Positions 1-8,215 of a stretch of 64,000 bases of DNA are shown here, one piece after another (the stretch's first letter is position 1; each line of letters opens with the position of its first letter). Made by a program: the position numbers and the translations under genes. Origin of the DNA: an uncultured Microbacterium sp. (lineage in GTDB: Bacteria > Actinomycetota > Actinomycetes > Actinomycetales > Microbacteriaceae); NCBI RefSeq assembly GCF_913774845.1, contig NZ_CAJYJO010000055.1. One strand, 5' to 3'. Below the pieces are notes generated by a model. That model was not told where the DNA came from. It searched no databases and saw only the letters and a list, made by a program, of their open reading frames with translations.

Positions 1-384
1 GCCCCGGGCGATCGTGGTTGTGCTGCCGCAGCTTCCGACGAAGACCTGCGTGGTCACATAGGCGGACTCCTCGGCGTTGAGTCCGAGCGAGACCGTCGGG
101 GTGATCCGCCACCGAAGGGTGGTGCCGGATGCCGCGGTCTCTGTGACGCGCAGGGTCGCCGTGTCGCTCACCCCACCGGGGAACAGGGGTTTCCATGCCG
201 CCCAGTCACCCGTCCACTGCGTCGCGAGCGCGAAGGCTCCCGTGGCCGTGGCTCCGGCGTTCAGCGCGACGGATCGTTGCCACAGTGCGTGCGCCGCGGC
301 GGTCCCGGTCCACAGGACCAGGACCGCCGCGAGCACGCCACCCCACTTCAAGCGACGGATGGTGCTGTCGTCGCGATGGAGCAT
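1..384 (-). CDS. Secreted protein with SipW-class (alternate) signal peptide; runs off the left window edge
   Basis: Not in the ORF track; translated by hand from ATG at 384: MLHRDDSTIRRLKWGGVLAAVLVLWTGTAAAHALWQRSVALNAG. Basic N-region, hydrophobic core, AHALW cleavage-type motif; starts 9 nt after the stop of the 394-993 gene; open to base 1. Confidence 0.7.
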   Translation of the reverse strand, partial: MLHRDDSTIRRLKWGGVLAAVLVLWTGTAAAHALWQRSVALNAGATATGAFALATQWTGDWAAWKPLFPGGVSDTATLRVTETAASGTTLRWRITPTVSLGLNAEESAYVTTQVFVGSCGSTTTIARG

Positions 385-393
385 GGATCTACC

Positions 394-993
394 TCAGCTG
401 GATGCCTGGGTGAGCGAGAACGAGAGCTTGCTGAGATCCACGGGAGTGTTGACGCCGACGAGGTTCGGCGTGTTCGCGTCGAAGGTGACCGTCACCGTCG
501 CCTGCAGGGTGCCCGCCGTGGCGGGGGTGACCCGGTACGTGTTGGTGCCGGTCTGCGTTCCGAGGCCGGGGATGTTGACGGCGACCTTGACGTACTGCGC
601 GGCGGGTCCGGAGACGAAGTCTGCGGCTTGGGTCACGGCGAGGTCGGCCTGCAAGGTGTTGCCGATCAGGGTGACCGTGACGGGCTGCGTCAAGGTGAGG
701 ACGTCCCCCGGGACGATGCGGGCCGTGGTGGGGTCCGTCAGCGGGATGGCCGAGCCGAGGACGCCCTTCAAGCTCCAGGCGCTGGTGCCCAGCGTGAGAC
801 GGAGGTCGCCGGACTGCACGGTCCCGGCGGTCAGGGCCGTCGAGGTCGTCCAGTACGCATACGTCCCGCCTCCACCGAGGAGCAGAGCGGTACCGGCGGC
901 GATGGCGAGGATCGCCTTCGCCTTTCCGCGACGCGAGCGACGGGCGGCGCGGGTGGCGGGGATCGGGGCTGCGGTTTCGATGGACGGCGACAT
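394..993 (-). CDS. Alternate-signal (SipW-cognate) exported protein, TasA/camelysin-like
   Basis: KAILAIAAGTALLLGGGGTYAYW followed by GTVQSGDL is typical of SipW-class signal peptides; Thr/Gly-rich beta-type mature region. Confidence 0.8.
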   Translation of the reverse strand: MSPSIETAAPIPATRAARRSRRGKAKAILAIAAGTALLLGGGGTYAYWTTSTALTAGTVQSGDLRLTLGTSAWSLKGVLGSAIPLTDPTTARIVPGDVLTLTQPVTVTLIGNTLQADLAVTQAADFVSGPAAQYVKVAVNIPGLGTQTGTNTYRVTPATAGTLQATVTVTFDANTPNLVGVNTPVDLSKLSFSLTQASS

Positions 994-1142
994 GGCTTCT
1001 CCTGGGCACGTGCGACGGGTATTGCCCCGAAACTAAGAGTTCGGTGAGAGTTCGCCGCTACCGATCCGTCGGGCGCATCTACCGACTTTCGTGAGCGCTA
1101 CGTAGTCCTCGGTAGCAGCTCGGTAGCGCTAGCCTCGGGCGC

Positions 1143-1685
1143 ATGGAGATCGCCCCCGACGCCTCGGTCCTATCGCTTCGCGGCGCGACGCCCCGCCTGC
1201 ACGAGACCGCGTTCGTGGCATCCGGGGCCCGAGTCGTGGGCGACGTGACGCTGAGCGAGGGCACGAGCGTCTGGTACAACGCCGTCGTCCGCGGCGACAG
1301 CGCGGCGATCTCGATCGGTGCGCGGAGCAATCTGCAGGACAACGTGTCGGTGCACGTCGACGCCGGACGGCCGGTGGTCATCGGCACCGACGTGTCGGTC
1401 GGGCACAACGCCGTCGTGCACGGCTGCACGATCGGCGACGGATCGCTGATCGGCATGGGCAGCGTCGTGCTCTCGGGGGCGCAGATCGGCTCGGGGTGCC
1501 TCGTCGCCGGGGGAGCGGTGGTGCTCGAGGGGACGGTGATCCCCGACGGGTCGCTGGTCGCCGGCGTCCCGGCGAAGGTCCGGCGGCCGTTGACCGACGA
1601 GGAGCGGGAGAAGATCCTGCGCAACGCGCAGACCTACCTGGCCCACATCGACAGGCACCGCGCGGCCGTCGGTGCGAGCGACTGA
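1143..1685 (+). CDS. Gamma carbonic anhydrase family protein (left-handed beta-helix)
   Basis: Hexapeptide repeats; motifs VRGD, NLQDNVSVH and VGHNAVVHGCTIG carrying the metal-ligand histidines. Confidence 0.92.
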   Translation: MEIAPDASVLSLRGATPRLHETAFVASGARVVGDVTLSEGTSVWYNAVVRGDSAAISIGARSNLQDNVSVHVDAGRPVVIGTDVSVGHNAVVHGCTIGDGSLIGMGSVVLSGAQIGSGCLVAGGAVVLEGTVIPDGSLVAGVPAKVRRPLTDEEREKILRNAQTYLAHIDRHRAAVGASD

Positions 1686-1729
1686 GTCGTTGCGGGGGGA
1701 GTGCGCCCGGCTCAGGAGCCTGCGCGTTT

Positions 1730-1803
1730 TGGAGGGGCTGACGAGAATCGAACTCGCATCATCTGTTTGGAAGACAGAGGCTTTACCACTAAGCTACAGC
1801 CCC
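1730..1803 (-). tRNA. tRNA-Gly (anticodon TCC)
   Basis: Reverse complement folds as a cloverleaf: acceptor GGGGCTG/CAGCCCC, anticodon loop CTTCCAA, T-loop TTCGATT, encoded CCA. Confidence 0.97.
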
Positions 1804-1979
1804 GGATTTCCGCGGTTCTCGGTGAACCGGGGAACTCAACTCCTCCACTCTACGACACCAGCGGGCGCCCCGCGAACGCGAGCCTCCCGAGTGCCACGCG
1901 CCTCGCGGAAATCGGCGCTGCCAGGGTGATCGACTAGACTTTCAGCGGTCGTTTCGTCGGCGCGCGCCGCGCGCCGCCC

Positions 1980-2053
1980 CGGGGCGTAGCTCAGCTTGGT
2001 AGAGCGCCCGCTTTGGGAGCGGGAGGCCGCAGGTTCAAATCCTGTCGCCCCGA
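1980..2053 (+). tRNA. tRNA-Pro (anticodon TGG)
   Basis: Acceptor CGGGGCG/CGCCCCG, anticodon arm CCCGC-TTTGGGA-GCGGG, T-loop TTCAAAT; usual position upstream of tig. Confidence 0.97.
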
Positions 2054-2126
2054 CGTCACGGCCCCACAGACCACAGGCCCAACCGGCCCCCGCGTGCGCG
2101 CGGGCCACACGAGGAGAACGAACCGC

Positions 2127-3617
2127 ATGGTCAACAGCACCGTCGAGAAGCTCAGCCCCACCCGGGTGAAGCTGCACATCACGGTCTCGCCCGATGAGCT
2201 CAAGCCGAGCATCGCCCACGCCTACGAGCACATCGCGCGTGACGTGCAGATCCCGGGCTTCCGCAAGGGCAAGGTTCCCGCGCCCATCATCGACCAGCGC
2301 ATGGGTCGCGGCGCCGTCATCGAGCACGCTGTCAACGAGGGTCTCGACGGCTTCTACCGTCAGGCCGTCGAGGCGCAGGAGCTGCGCGTGATCGGCCGCC
2401 CGAGCGCCGAGATCGTCGAGCTGCCCGAGCTGAAGGACTTCTCCGGCGACCTGGTCGTCGACGTCGAGGTCGACGTCCGTCCGGAGTTCGACCTGCCCGC
2501 GTACGACACCATCACCGTGACGGTCGACAAGGCCGACATCGACGAGGCCGGTATCGACGCCGAGCTCGACCGTCTGCGCGCGCGCTTCGGCACGCTCGTC
2601 ACGGTCGACCGTCCCGCCACGACCGGCGACTTCGTCGAGCTCGACCTCGTCGCCACCATCGACGGCAACGTGATCGACCGCGCCGAGGGCGTGTCGTACG
2701 AGATCGGCTCCGGCGAGCTGCTCGAGGGCATCGACGAGGCGATCGAGTCGCTCACCGCCGACGAGCAGACCACGTTCCGCTCGAAGCTCGTCGGTGGCGA
2801 CCACGCCGGCGAAGAGGCCGAGGTCACCGTCACGATCAAGGCCGTCAAGGAGCGCGAGCTGCCCGACGCCGACGACGACTTCGCGCAGATGGCGTCGGAG
2901 TTCGACACCATCGGCGAGCTGCGCGAGTCGCTCGGCGAGCGCGTGTCGCAGCAGGCCGTGTTCACGCAGGGCTCCGCCGCGCGTGACAAGTTCATCGAGG
3001 CCTTGCTCGACGCCGTCGAGATCCCGGTTCCGCCGCAGCTCATCGAAGACGAGGTGCACCAGCACCTCGAGGGTGAGAACCGCCTCGAAGACGACGAGCA
3101 CCGCGCCGAGGTCACCGAGGCCAGCGAGAAGCAGTTCCGCACGCAGATGGTCCTCGACAAGATCGCCGAAGAGGCCAACGTCCAGGTCTCCCAGGACGAG
3201 CTGACGCAGTACCTCATCCAGTCGGCCGCCCAGTACAACATGGCGCCGCAGGACTTCGTCAACGCGCTGCAGCAGGGCAACCAGCTCCCCGCCCTCGTCG
3301 GCGAGGTCGCCCGCAACAAGGCGCTGGCCATCGCCCTCGGCAAGGTCACCGTCGTCGACACCGACGGCAAGACCGTCGACCTGACCGGCTTCGTCGCCGT
3401 GGAGGGCGAGGAGCCCGCCGAGGGCGACGACGACGCCGACGAGGCCCCGGCCGCTGACGAGGCGCCCGCGAAGGCCCCCGCCAAGAAGCGCGCCCCGGCC
3501 AAGAAGAAGGCCGCCGACGACGAGGCGTCCGCCGAGGACGCACCCGCGAAGGCTCCCGCCAAGAAGCGCGCGCCCGCCAAGAAGAAGACCGACGACGAGG
3601 CCGCTGCCGCCGAGTAA
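2127..3617 (+). CDS. tig: Trigger factor
   Basis: Ribosome-binding signature [14 protein letters not shown]-like domain, synteny with clpP/clpX; ATG at 2127 after a GAGGAG RBS. Confidence 0.97.
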   Translation: MVNSTVEKLSPTRVKLHITVSPDELKPSIAHAYEHIARDVQIPGFRKGKVPAPIIDQRMGRGAVIEHAVNEGLDGFYRQAVEAQELRVIGRPSAEIVELPELKDFSGDLVVDVEVDVRPEFDLPAYDTITVTVDKADIDEAGIDAELDRLRARFGTLVTVDRPATTGDFVELDLVATIDGNVIDRAEGVSYEIGSGELLEGIDEAIESLTADEQTTFRSKLVGGDHAGEEAEVTVTIKAVKERELPDADDDFAQMASEFDTIGELRESLGERVSQQAVFTQGSAARDKFIEALLDAVEIPVPPQLIEDEVHQHLEGENRLEDDEHRAEVTEASEKQFRTQMVLDKIAEEANVQVSQDELTQYLIQSAAQYNMAPQDFVNALQQGNQLPALVGEVARNKALAIALGKVTVVDTDGKTVDLTGFVAVEGEEPAEGDDDADEAPAADEAPAKAPAKKRAPAKKKAADDEASAEDAPAKAPAKKRAPAKKKTDDEAAAAE

Positions 3618-3626
3618 GTCGAGACG

Positions 3627-3660
3627 AGGGGGCGGATGCCACGGCATCCGCCCCCTTTTC
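3627..3660 (+). terminator. Intrinsic terminator after tig, built from an inverted GGATGCC pair
   Basis: AGGGGGCGGATGCC-AC-GGCATCCGCCCCCT followed by a T run. Confidence 0.8.
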
Positions 3661-3722
3661 CGTTCCCGGATGCCGTGACCGCGGCGGGACACTCGACTCG
3701 GAGCGCGGACGAGGGAATGACG

Positions 3723-4211
3723 ATGAACGACTGGCAGAGCCGAGTGGATGCCGTCTGGGCCGACGACGGACTCAGCGCCGACGACGTGATCGAGCAGATC
3801 GACGCCCTGGCCGCGGAGCGCCCCGCCGACGACGCGGTGGCGTTGTTCGAGCGGGCCGGAGCGCGCGACTCGGCCGGTCTCGAGGTCGAGGCGGAGGCGC
3901 TGTACCGGCGCGCGCTCGCCCTCGGCCTCGACGACGAGCGGCGCACCCGCGCGACCATCCAGCTCGCGAGCACCATCCGCAACCTCGGCAAGACCGAGGA
4001 GGCGCTCGCGATGCTCGAGGCCGAGTACGGGCGCGAGCCCGACGGGCCGCTGCACGACGCGGCCGCCGCCTTCTACGCTCTCGCGCTCGTCTCGAAGGGG
4101 GAGCCCCAGCGGGCGGCATCCATCGCCCTTCAGGCACTCGCCCCGCACCTGCCGCGCTATACCCGGTCGGTGACCGGATACGCGCGCGAAATCGCCGACG
4201 ACACTCGCTGA
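3723..4211 (+). CDS. Tetratricopeptide-repeat-like protein
   Basis: Helical repeats such as EAEALYRRALALGL and QLASTIRNLGKTEEALAML; start could be 3717 or 3723. Confidence 0.8.
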   Translation: MNDWQSRVDAVWADDGLSADDVIEQIDALAAERPADDAVALFERAGARDSAGLEVEAEALYRRALALGLDDERRTRATIQLASTIRNLGKTEEALAMLEAEYGREPDGPLHDAAAAFYALALVSKGEPQRAASIALQALAPHLPRYTRSVTGYAREIADDTR

Positions 4212-4213
4212 TC

Positions 4214-4227
4214 CGCCCGCGGCGAAC
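4214..4227 (+). promoter_or_regulatory. Putative ClgR operator upstream of clpP1P2
   Basis: CGC-CCGCG-GCGAAC matches the reverse of the actinobacterial ClgR consensus GTTCGC-N5-GCG; a -10-like TAGATT lies at 4255-4260. Confidence 0.55.
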
Positions 4228-4289
4228 ACGGCATCCCGCCTCCGAGCCCGCCGGTAGATTCGTTGCAGATCACCGGAAGAGGAGCACTA

Positions 4290-4874
4290 ATGCCCGAACC
4301 CCTTATGGCAACGAGCGTCTTCGACAGGCTGCTGAAGGACCGCATCATCTGGCTCGGTTCGGAGGTGCGTGACGAGAACGCGAACGAGATCTGCGCGAAG
4401 ATCCTGCTTCTCGCCGCAGAAGACGCCGAGCGCGACATCTACCTGTACATCAACTCGCCCGGTGGCTCGATCACCGCGGGTATGGCCATCTACGACACGA
4501 TGCAGTTCGTGCCGAACGACATCGTCACCGTCGGCATCGGCATGGCGGCGTCGATGGGCCAGCTGCTGCTGACCAGCGGCACCAAGGGCAAGCGGTACAT
4601 CACGCCCAACGCCCGCGTGCTGCTGCACCAGCCGCACGGCGGCTTCGGCGGCACCTCGAGCGACATCCAGACGCAGGCGCAGCTCATCCTCGACATGAAG
4701 CGTCGACTGGCCGAGATCACCGCCAGCCAGACCGGCAAGAGCGTCGAGCAGATCAACGCCGACGGCGACCGCGACCGCTGGTTCTCGGCGCAGGAGGCCC
4801 TCGAGTACGGCTTCGTCGACCACATGCGCGAGCACGCCACCGACGTCACCGGCGGCGGCGGAACCGCAGCCTGA
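4290..4874 (+). CDS. clpP1: ATP-dependent Clp protease proteolytic subunit 1
   Basis: Motifs [14 protein letters not shown] and LHQP. Confidence 0.96.
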   Translation: MPEPLMATSVFDRLLKDRIIWLGSEVRDENANEICAKILLLAAEDAERDIYLYINSPGGSITAGMAIYDTMQFVPNDIVTVGIGMAASMGQLLLTSGTKGKRYITPNARVLLHQPHGGFGGTSSDIQTQAQLILDMKRRLAEITASQTGKSVEQINADGDRDRWFSAQEALEYGFVDHMREHATDVTGGGGTAA

Positions 4875-4897
4875 GCTGAGAGGAAACGGACACCATC

Positions 4898-5560
4898 ATG
4901 AACATCCCCACTTTCGGCGGCGCTGCATCGCACATGCCTTCGAGCCGCTACGTCCTTCCTCAGTTCGAGGAGCGCACGGCCTACGGCTACAAGCGCCAGG
5001 ACCCCTACAACAAGCTGTTCGAAGACCGCGTGATCTTCCTCGGCGTGCAGGTCGACGACGCGTCAGCCGACGACGTCATGGCTCAGCTGCTCGTCCTCGA
5101 GTCGCAGGACCCTGACCGCGACATCATCATGTACATCAACTCGCCGGGTGGCTCCTTCACGGCCATGACGGCGATCTACGACACGATGCAGTACGTCTCG
5201 CCGCAGATCCAGACGGTCGTGCTCGGTCAGGCCGCCTCCGCGGCATCCGTCCTTCTCGCCGCGGGCGCGCCCGGCAAGCGTCTCGCCCTGCCGAACGCGC
5301 GCATCCTGATCCACCAGCCCGCCATGGGCGAGGCCGGACACGGACAGGCCTCCGACATCGAGATCCAGGCGGCGGAGATCCTCCGCATGCGCACCTGGCT
5401 CGAGGAGACCATGGCCCGCCACACCGGACAGGAAGCCGCGAAGGTCAACAAGGACATCGACCGCGACAAGATCCTCTCGGCCCAGGAGGCCATGGAGTAC
5501 GGCATCGTCGACCAGGTCCTCACGACCCGCAAGCGCACTCCGGCGGCCCTCACCGCCTGA
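4898..5560 (+). CDS. clpP2: ATP-dependent Clp protease proteolytic subunit 2
   Basis: Motifs [14 protein letters not shown] and IHQP; tandem clpP pair typical of Actinobacteria. Confidence 0.96.
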   Translation: MNIPTFGGAASHMPSSRYVLPQFEERTAYGYKRQDPYNKLFEDRVIFLGVQVDDASADDVMAQLLVLESQDPDRDIIMYINSPGGSFTAMTAIYDTMQYVSPQIQTVVLGQAASAASVLLAAGAPGKRLALPNARILIHQPAMGEAGHGQASDIEIQAAEILRMRTWLEETMARHTGQEAAKVNKDIDRDKILSAQEAMEYGIVDQVLTTRKRTPAALTA

Positions 5561-5578
5561 GGCCCTCGCGCCACGATC

Positions 5579-5612
5579 AGCCCCGCAGACCCGTTTCGGT
5601 CTGCGGGGCTTC
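5579..5612 (+). terminator. Hairpin terminator after clpP2
   Basis: AGCCCCGCAGACC-CGTTTC-GGTCTGCGGGGCT, a 13-bp perfect stem. Confidence 0.75.
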
Positions 5613-5632
5613 GTCGTGCGCGCCGCGCTGAT

Positions 5633-5698
5633 CGCGTGAGTCGCCAGGATTTGTCGCTTCGGCGTCCGCCCAGGCGACAAAAAGTGGCGACTCGCGCG
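5633..5698. repeat. Bulged REP-like palindrome
   Basis: GAGTCGCCA-GGA-TTTGTCGC...GCGACAAA-AAG-TGGCGACTC inverted repeat with an internal loop. Confidence 0.55.
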
Positions 5699-5802
5699 GT
5701 GGGGGGAACGCCGCGGCGCGCGCAAATGCCCTCGGATGTCGTGGGCTCGGGTTAGGCTCGGGTAACACACCGGCGGGGGCCGGGTGACGGGAGGAACCGG
5801 CC

Positions 5803-7071
5803 ATGGCACGCATCGGTGAGAGCGCCGACCTGTTCAAGTGCTCCTTCTGCGGCAAGAGCCAGAAGCAGGTGCAGCAGCTGATCGCCGGTCCCGGCGTGTA
5901 CATCTGCGATGAGTGCGTCGAGCTGTGCAACGAGATCATCGAAGAGCGCATGGCCGAATCCTCGGCCGGCGAGGTCGCCGAGTTCGACCTGCCCAAGCCC
6001 CGCGAGATCTTCTCGTTCCTCGAGGAGTACGTCGTCGGTCAGGAGCCCGCCAAGCGCGCCCTCGCCGTCGCGGTGTACAACCACTACAAGCGCGTCCGTG
6101 CGCACGGCACCCTGCAGCCCGCCGAGCAGCGCGCCGAAGAGATCGACATCGCCAAGAGCAACATCCTCCTGCTCGGGCCCACCGGTTGCGGCAAGACCTA
6201 CCTCGCACAGACGCTCGCGAAGCGCCTCAACGTGCCCTTCGCGGTGGCCGATGCCACGGCCCTCACCGAGGCCGGCTACGTCGGCGAAGACGTCGAGAAC
6301 ATCCTCCTCAAGCTCCTGCAGGCGGCCGACTTCGACGTGAAGCGCGCCGAGACCGGCATCATCTACATCGACGAGGTCGACAAGATCGCCCGAAAGGCCG
6401 AGAACCCCTCGATCACGCGCGACGTGTCGGGTGAGGGCGTTCAGCAGGCGCTGCTGAAGATCCTCGAGGGAACGGTCGCCTCGGTCCCCCCGCAGGGCGG
6501 CCGCAAGCATCCGCACCAGGAGTTCATCCAGATCGACACGACGAACGTCCTGTTCATCGTGGCCGGCGCCTTCGCGGGTCTCGAGGAGATCATCTCGGCC
6601 CGAGTCGGCAAGCACGGTGTCGGCTTCGGCGCTCCGCTGCACCGCAAGGAGGACGCTCCCGACCTCTTCAGCGAGGCGCTTCCCGAAGACCTGCACAAGT
6701 TCGGCCTGATCCCGGAGTTCATCGGCCGTCTGCCCGTCGTCGCCTCCGTGTCGCCCCTCGATCAGGACGCCCTGATGGAGATCCTCACCGCGCCGCGTAA
6801 CGCGCTCGTCAAGCAGTACCAGCGCATGTTCGAGCTCGACGGCGTGCAGCTCGAGTTCGATGAAGACGCCCTGCGCGCGATCGCCGATCTCGCCGTCGCC
6901 CGCAAGACCGGTGCCCGAGGCCTCCGTGCGATCCTCGAAGACGTTCTCGGCCCCATCATGTTCGATGTGCCCTCCGCCGACGACATCGCCAAGGTGGTCA
7001 TCACGCGCGCGGCCGTCGAAGACGGCGCGCAGCCGACGATCGTGCTCGCGCAGAAGCGTCGCAGCGCCTGA
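5803..7071 (+). CDS. clpX: ATP-dependent Clp protease ATP-binding subunit ClpX
   Basis: N-terminal zinc finger CSFCGK...CDECVELC, Walker A GPTGCGKT, Walker [25 protein letters not shown]. Confidence 0.98.
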   Translation: MARIGESADLFKCSFCGKSQKQVQQLIAGPGVYICDECVELCNEIIEERMAESSAGEVAEFDLPKPREIFSFLEEYVVGQEPAKRALAVAVYNHYKRVRAHGTLQPAEQRAEEIDIAKSNILLLGPTGCGKTYLAQTLAKRLNVPFAVADATALTEAGYVGEDVENILLKLLQAADFDVKRAETGIIYIDEVDKIARKAENPSITRDVSGEGVQQALLKILEGTVASVPPQGGRKHPHQEFIQIDTTNVLFIVAGAFAGLEEIISARVGKHGVGFGAPLHRKEDAPDLFSEALPEDLHKFGLIPEFIGRLPVVASVSPLDQDALMEILTAPRNALVKQYQRMFELDGVQLEFDEDALRAIADLAVARKTGARGLRAILEDVLGPIMFDVPSADDIAKVVITRAAVEDGAQPTIVLAQKRRSA

Positions 7072-7136
7072 GCGTTCCCGTCGTGTTCCACGGACACGGC
7101 GCGCATCTGCGTGTGAGCCCTCTTTCCATCGGGGGC

Positions 7137-7646
7137 GTGACCCGCGGAGCACGGCTCGTCGTGGGCGAGAGCCCGGATGCCGCACTCCCGATGCTCGTCG
7201 AGGCGTTACGGATGGAGCGGTTCGAGGTCGGCGATGACCGGGTGTCGCGGGCACTCACAGCGCGAGGGTCGGAGTGGATCGCCCAGGATCTGCGCATCGG
7301 GTCGTCCTCGCCGTCGTGGTCGTCGGGGATCCTCGATGCGGCACTGCAGCACACCCCGCTGGCCTTCGTGCCCGTGCTGCGCAGGCGGGCGACGCCGACC
7401 GTGGTCATCGCGAGCGCACGCGCGCACGCCGAGGGCGCGGAACTCGTGGTGTTCTCGCACCCCACGCTGATCGGCTGGAGCACGACCAACGACGCCGCGC
7501 CCCTCGTCTCCGCGGCCGTCGACCGCGTCGCGGCACAGTACGCCGCTGGGGGACGCCTGGTCTCATGCGAGGTGCTACGGGGGATTCCGAACAACGGAGC
7601 GCCGGCATCGCAGCAGTTCGTGCGAGAGGTCCTCGGCTGGCGTTGA
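7137..7646 (+). CDS. Hypothetical protein
   Basis: Open frame filling the gap between clpX and the GNAT gene; GTG start chosen after a G-rich RBS; no recognisable motif. Confidence 0.45.
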   Translation: MTRGARLVVGESPDAALPMLVEALRMERFEVGDDRVSRALTARGSEWIAQDLRIGSSSPSWSSGILDAALQHTPLAFVPVLRRRATPTVVIASARAHAEGAELVVFSHPTLIGWSTTNDAAPLVSAAVDRVAAQYAAGGRLVSCEVLRGIPNNGAPASQQFVREVLGWR

Positions 7647-7693
7647 GCCCAGGTTCTCTCCGCGAGAGGCGCCCGGGCGGGCAGGATGGAGGG

Positions 7694-8209
7694 ATGTTGT
7701 CTGAACTCTCCCTCCCGGTCGGTCTGTCGAGCCGAGCCGGGGAGGTTCGGCTGCGGCGGGCGGTTCCGGACGATCTGCCGGGTCTGATGGCTCTTCTCTC
7801 GGACGATCCGATCAGTGCCGCCCGAGGCGACCGGGCCGACGACGCCGACGAGGGCGCCTATGCCGCCGCACTGCGAAGCGTGCTGCAGGCCCCCTTGAAC
7901 GATCTCCTCGTCGTCGATGATGCCGAGGGTGCCCTGGTCGGCACGCTGCAGCTGACCGTCATCCCCGGCATGGCGCGCCGGGGCGCCACGCGGCTGCTCG
8001 TCGAGGCGGTCCGGGTGTCCTCGAGCGTGCGCTCCGGGGGCATCGGCAGCGCCGTCATGCGCTGGGTGATGCACGAGGCCGCCCCGGCGACCGGGGCGAG
8101 CCTCGTGCAACTGACCTCCGACGCGGCGCGCGTCGACGCCCACCGGTTCTACACGCGGCTCGGCTTCGTCGACTCGCACGTCGGGTTCAAATACTCGGTG
8201 CCGAGCTGA
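7694..8209 (+). CDS. GNAT family N-acetyltransferase
   Basis: Acetyl-CoA-binding motif VRVSSSVRSGGIGS and C-terminal AHRFYTRLGF. Confidence 0.9.
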   Translation: MLSELSLPVGLSSRAGEVRLRRAVPDDLPGLMALLSDDPISAARGDRADDADEGAYAAALRSVLQAPLNDLLVVDDAEGALVGTLQLTVIPGMARRGATRLLVEAVRVSSSVRSGGIGSAVMRWVMHEAAPATGASLVQLTSDAARVDAHRFYTRLGFVDSHVGFKYSVPS

Positions 8210-8215
8210 CCGCGC

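Noticed and set aside
1730-2053. tRNA genes as integration sites (also tRNA-Ala at 43467-43539)
   Set aside because: No integrase, no duplicated tRNA 3' ends and no island-like content adjacent.
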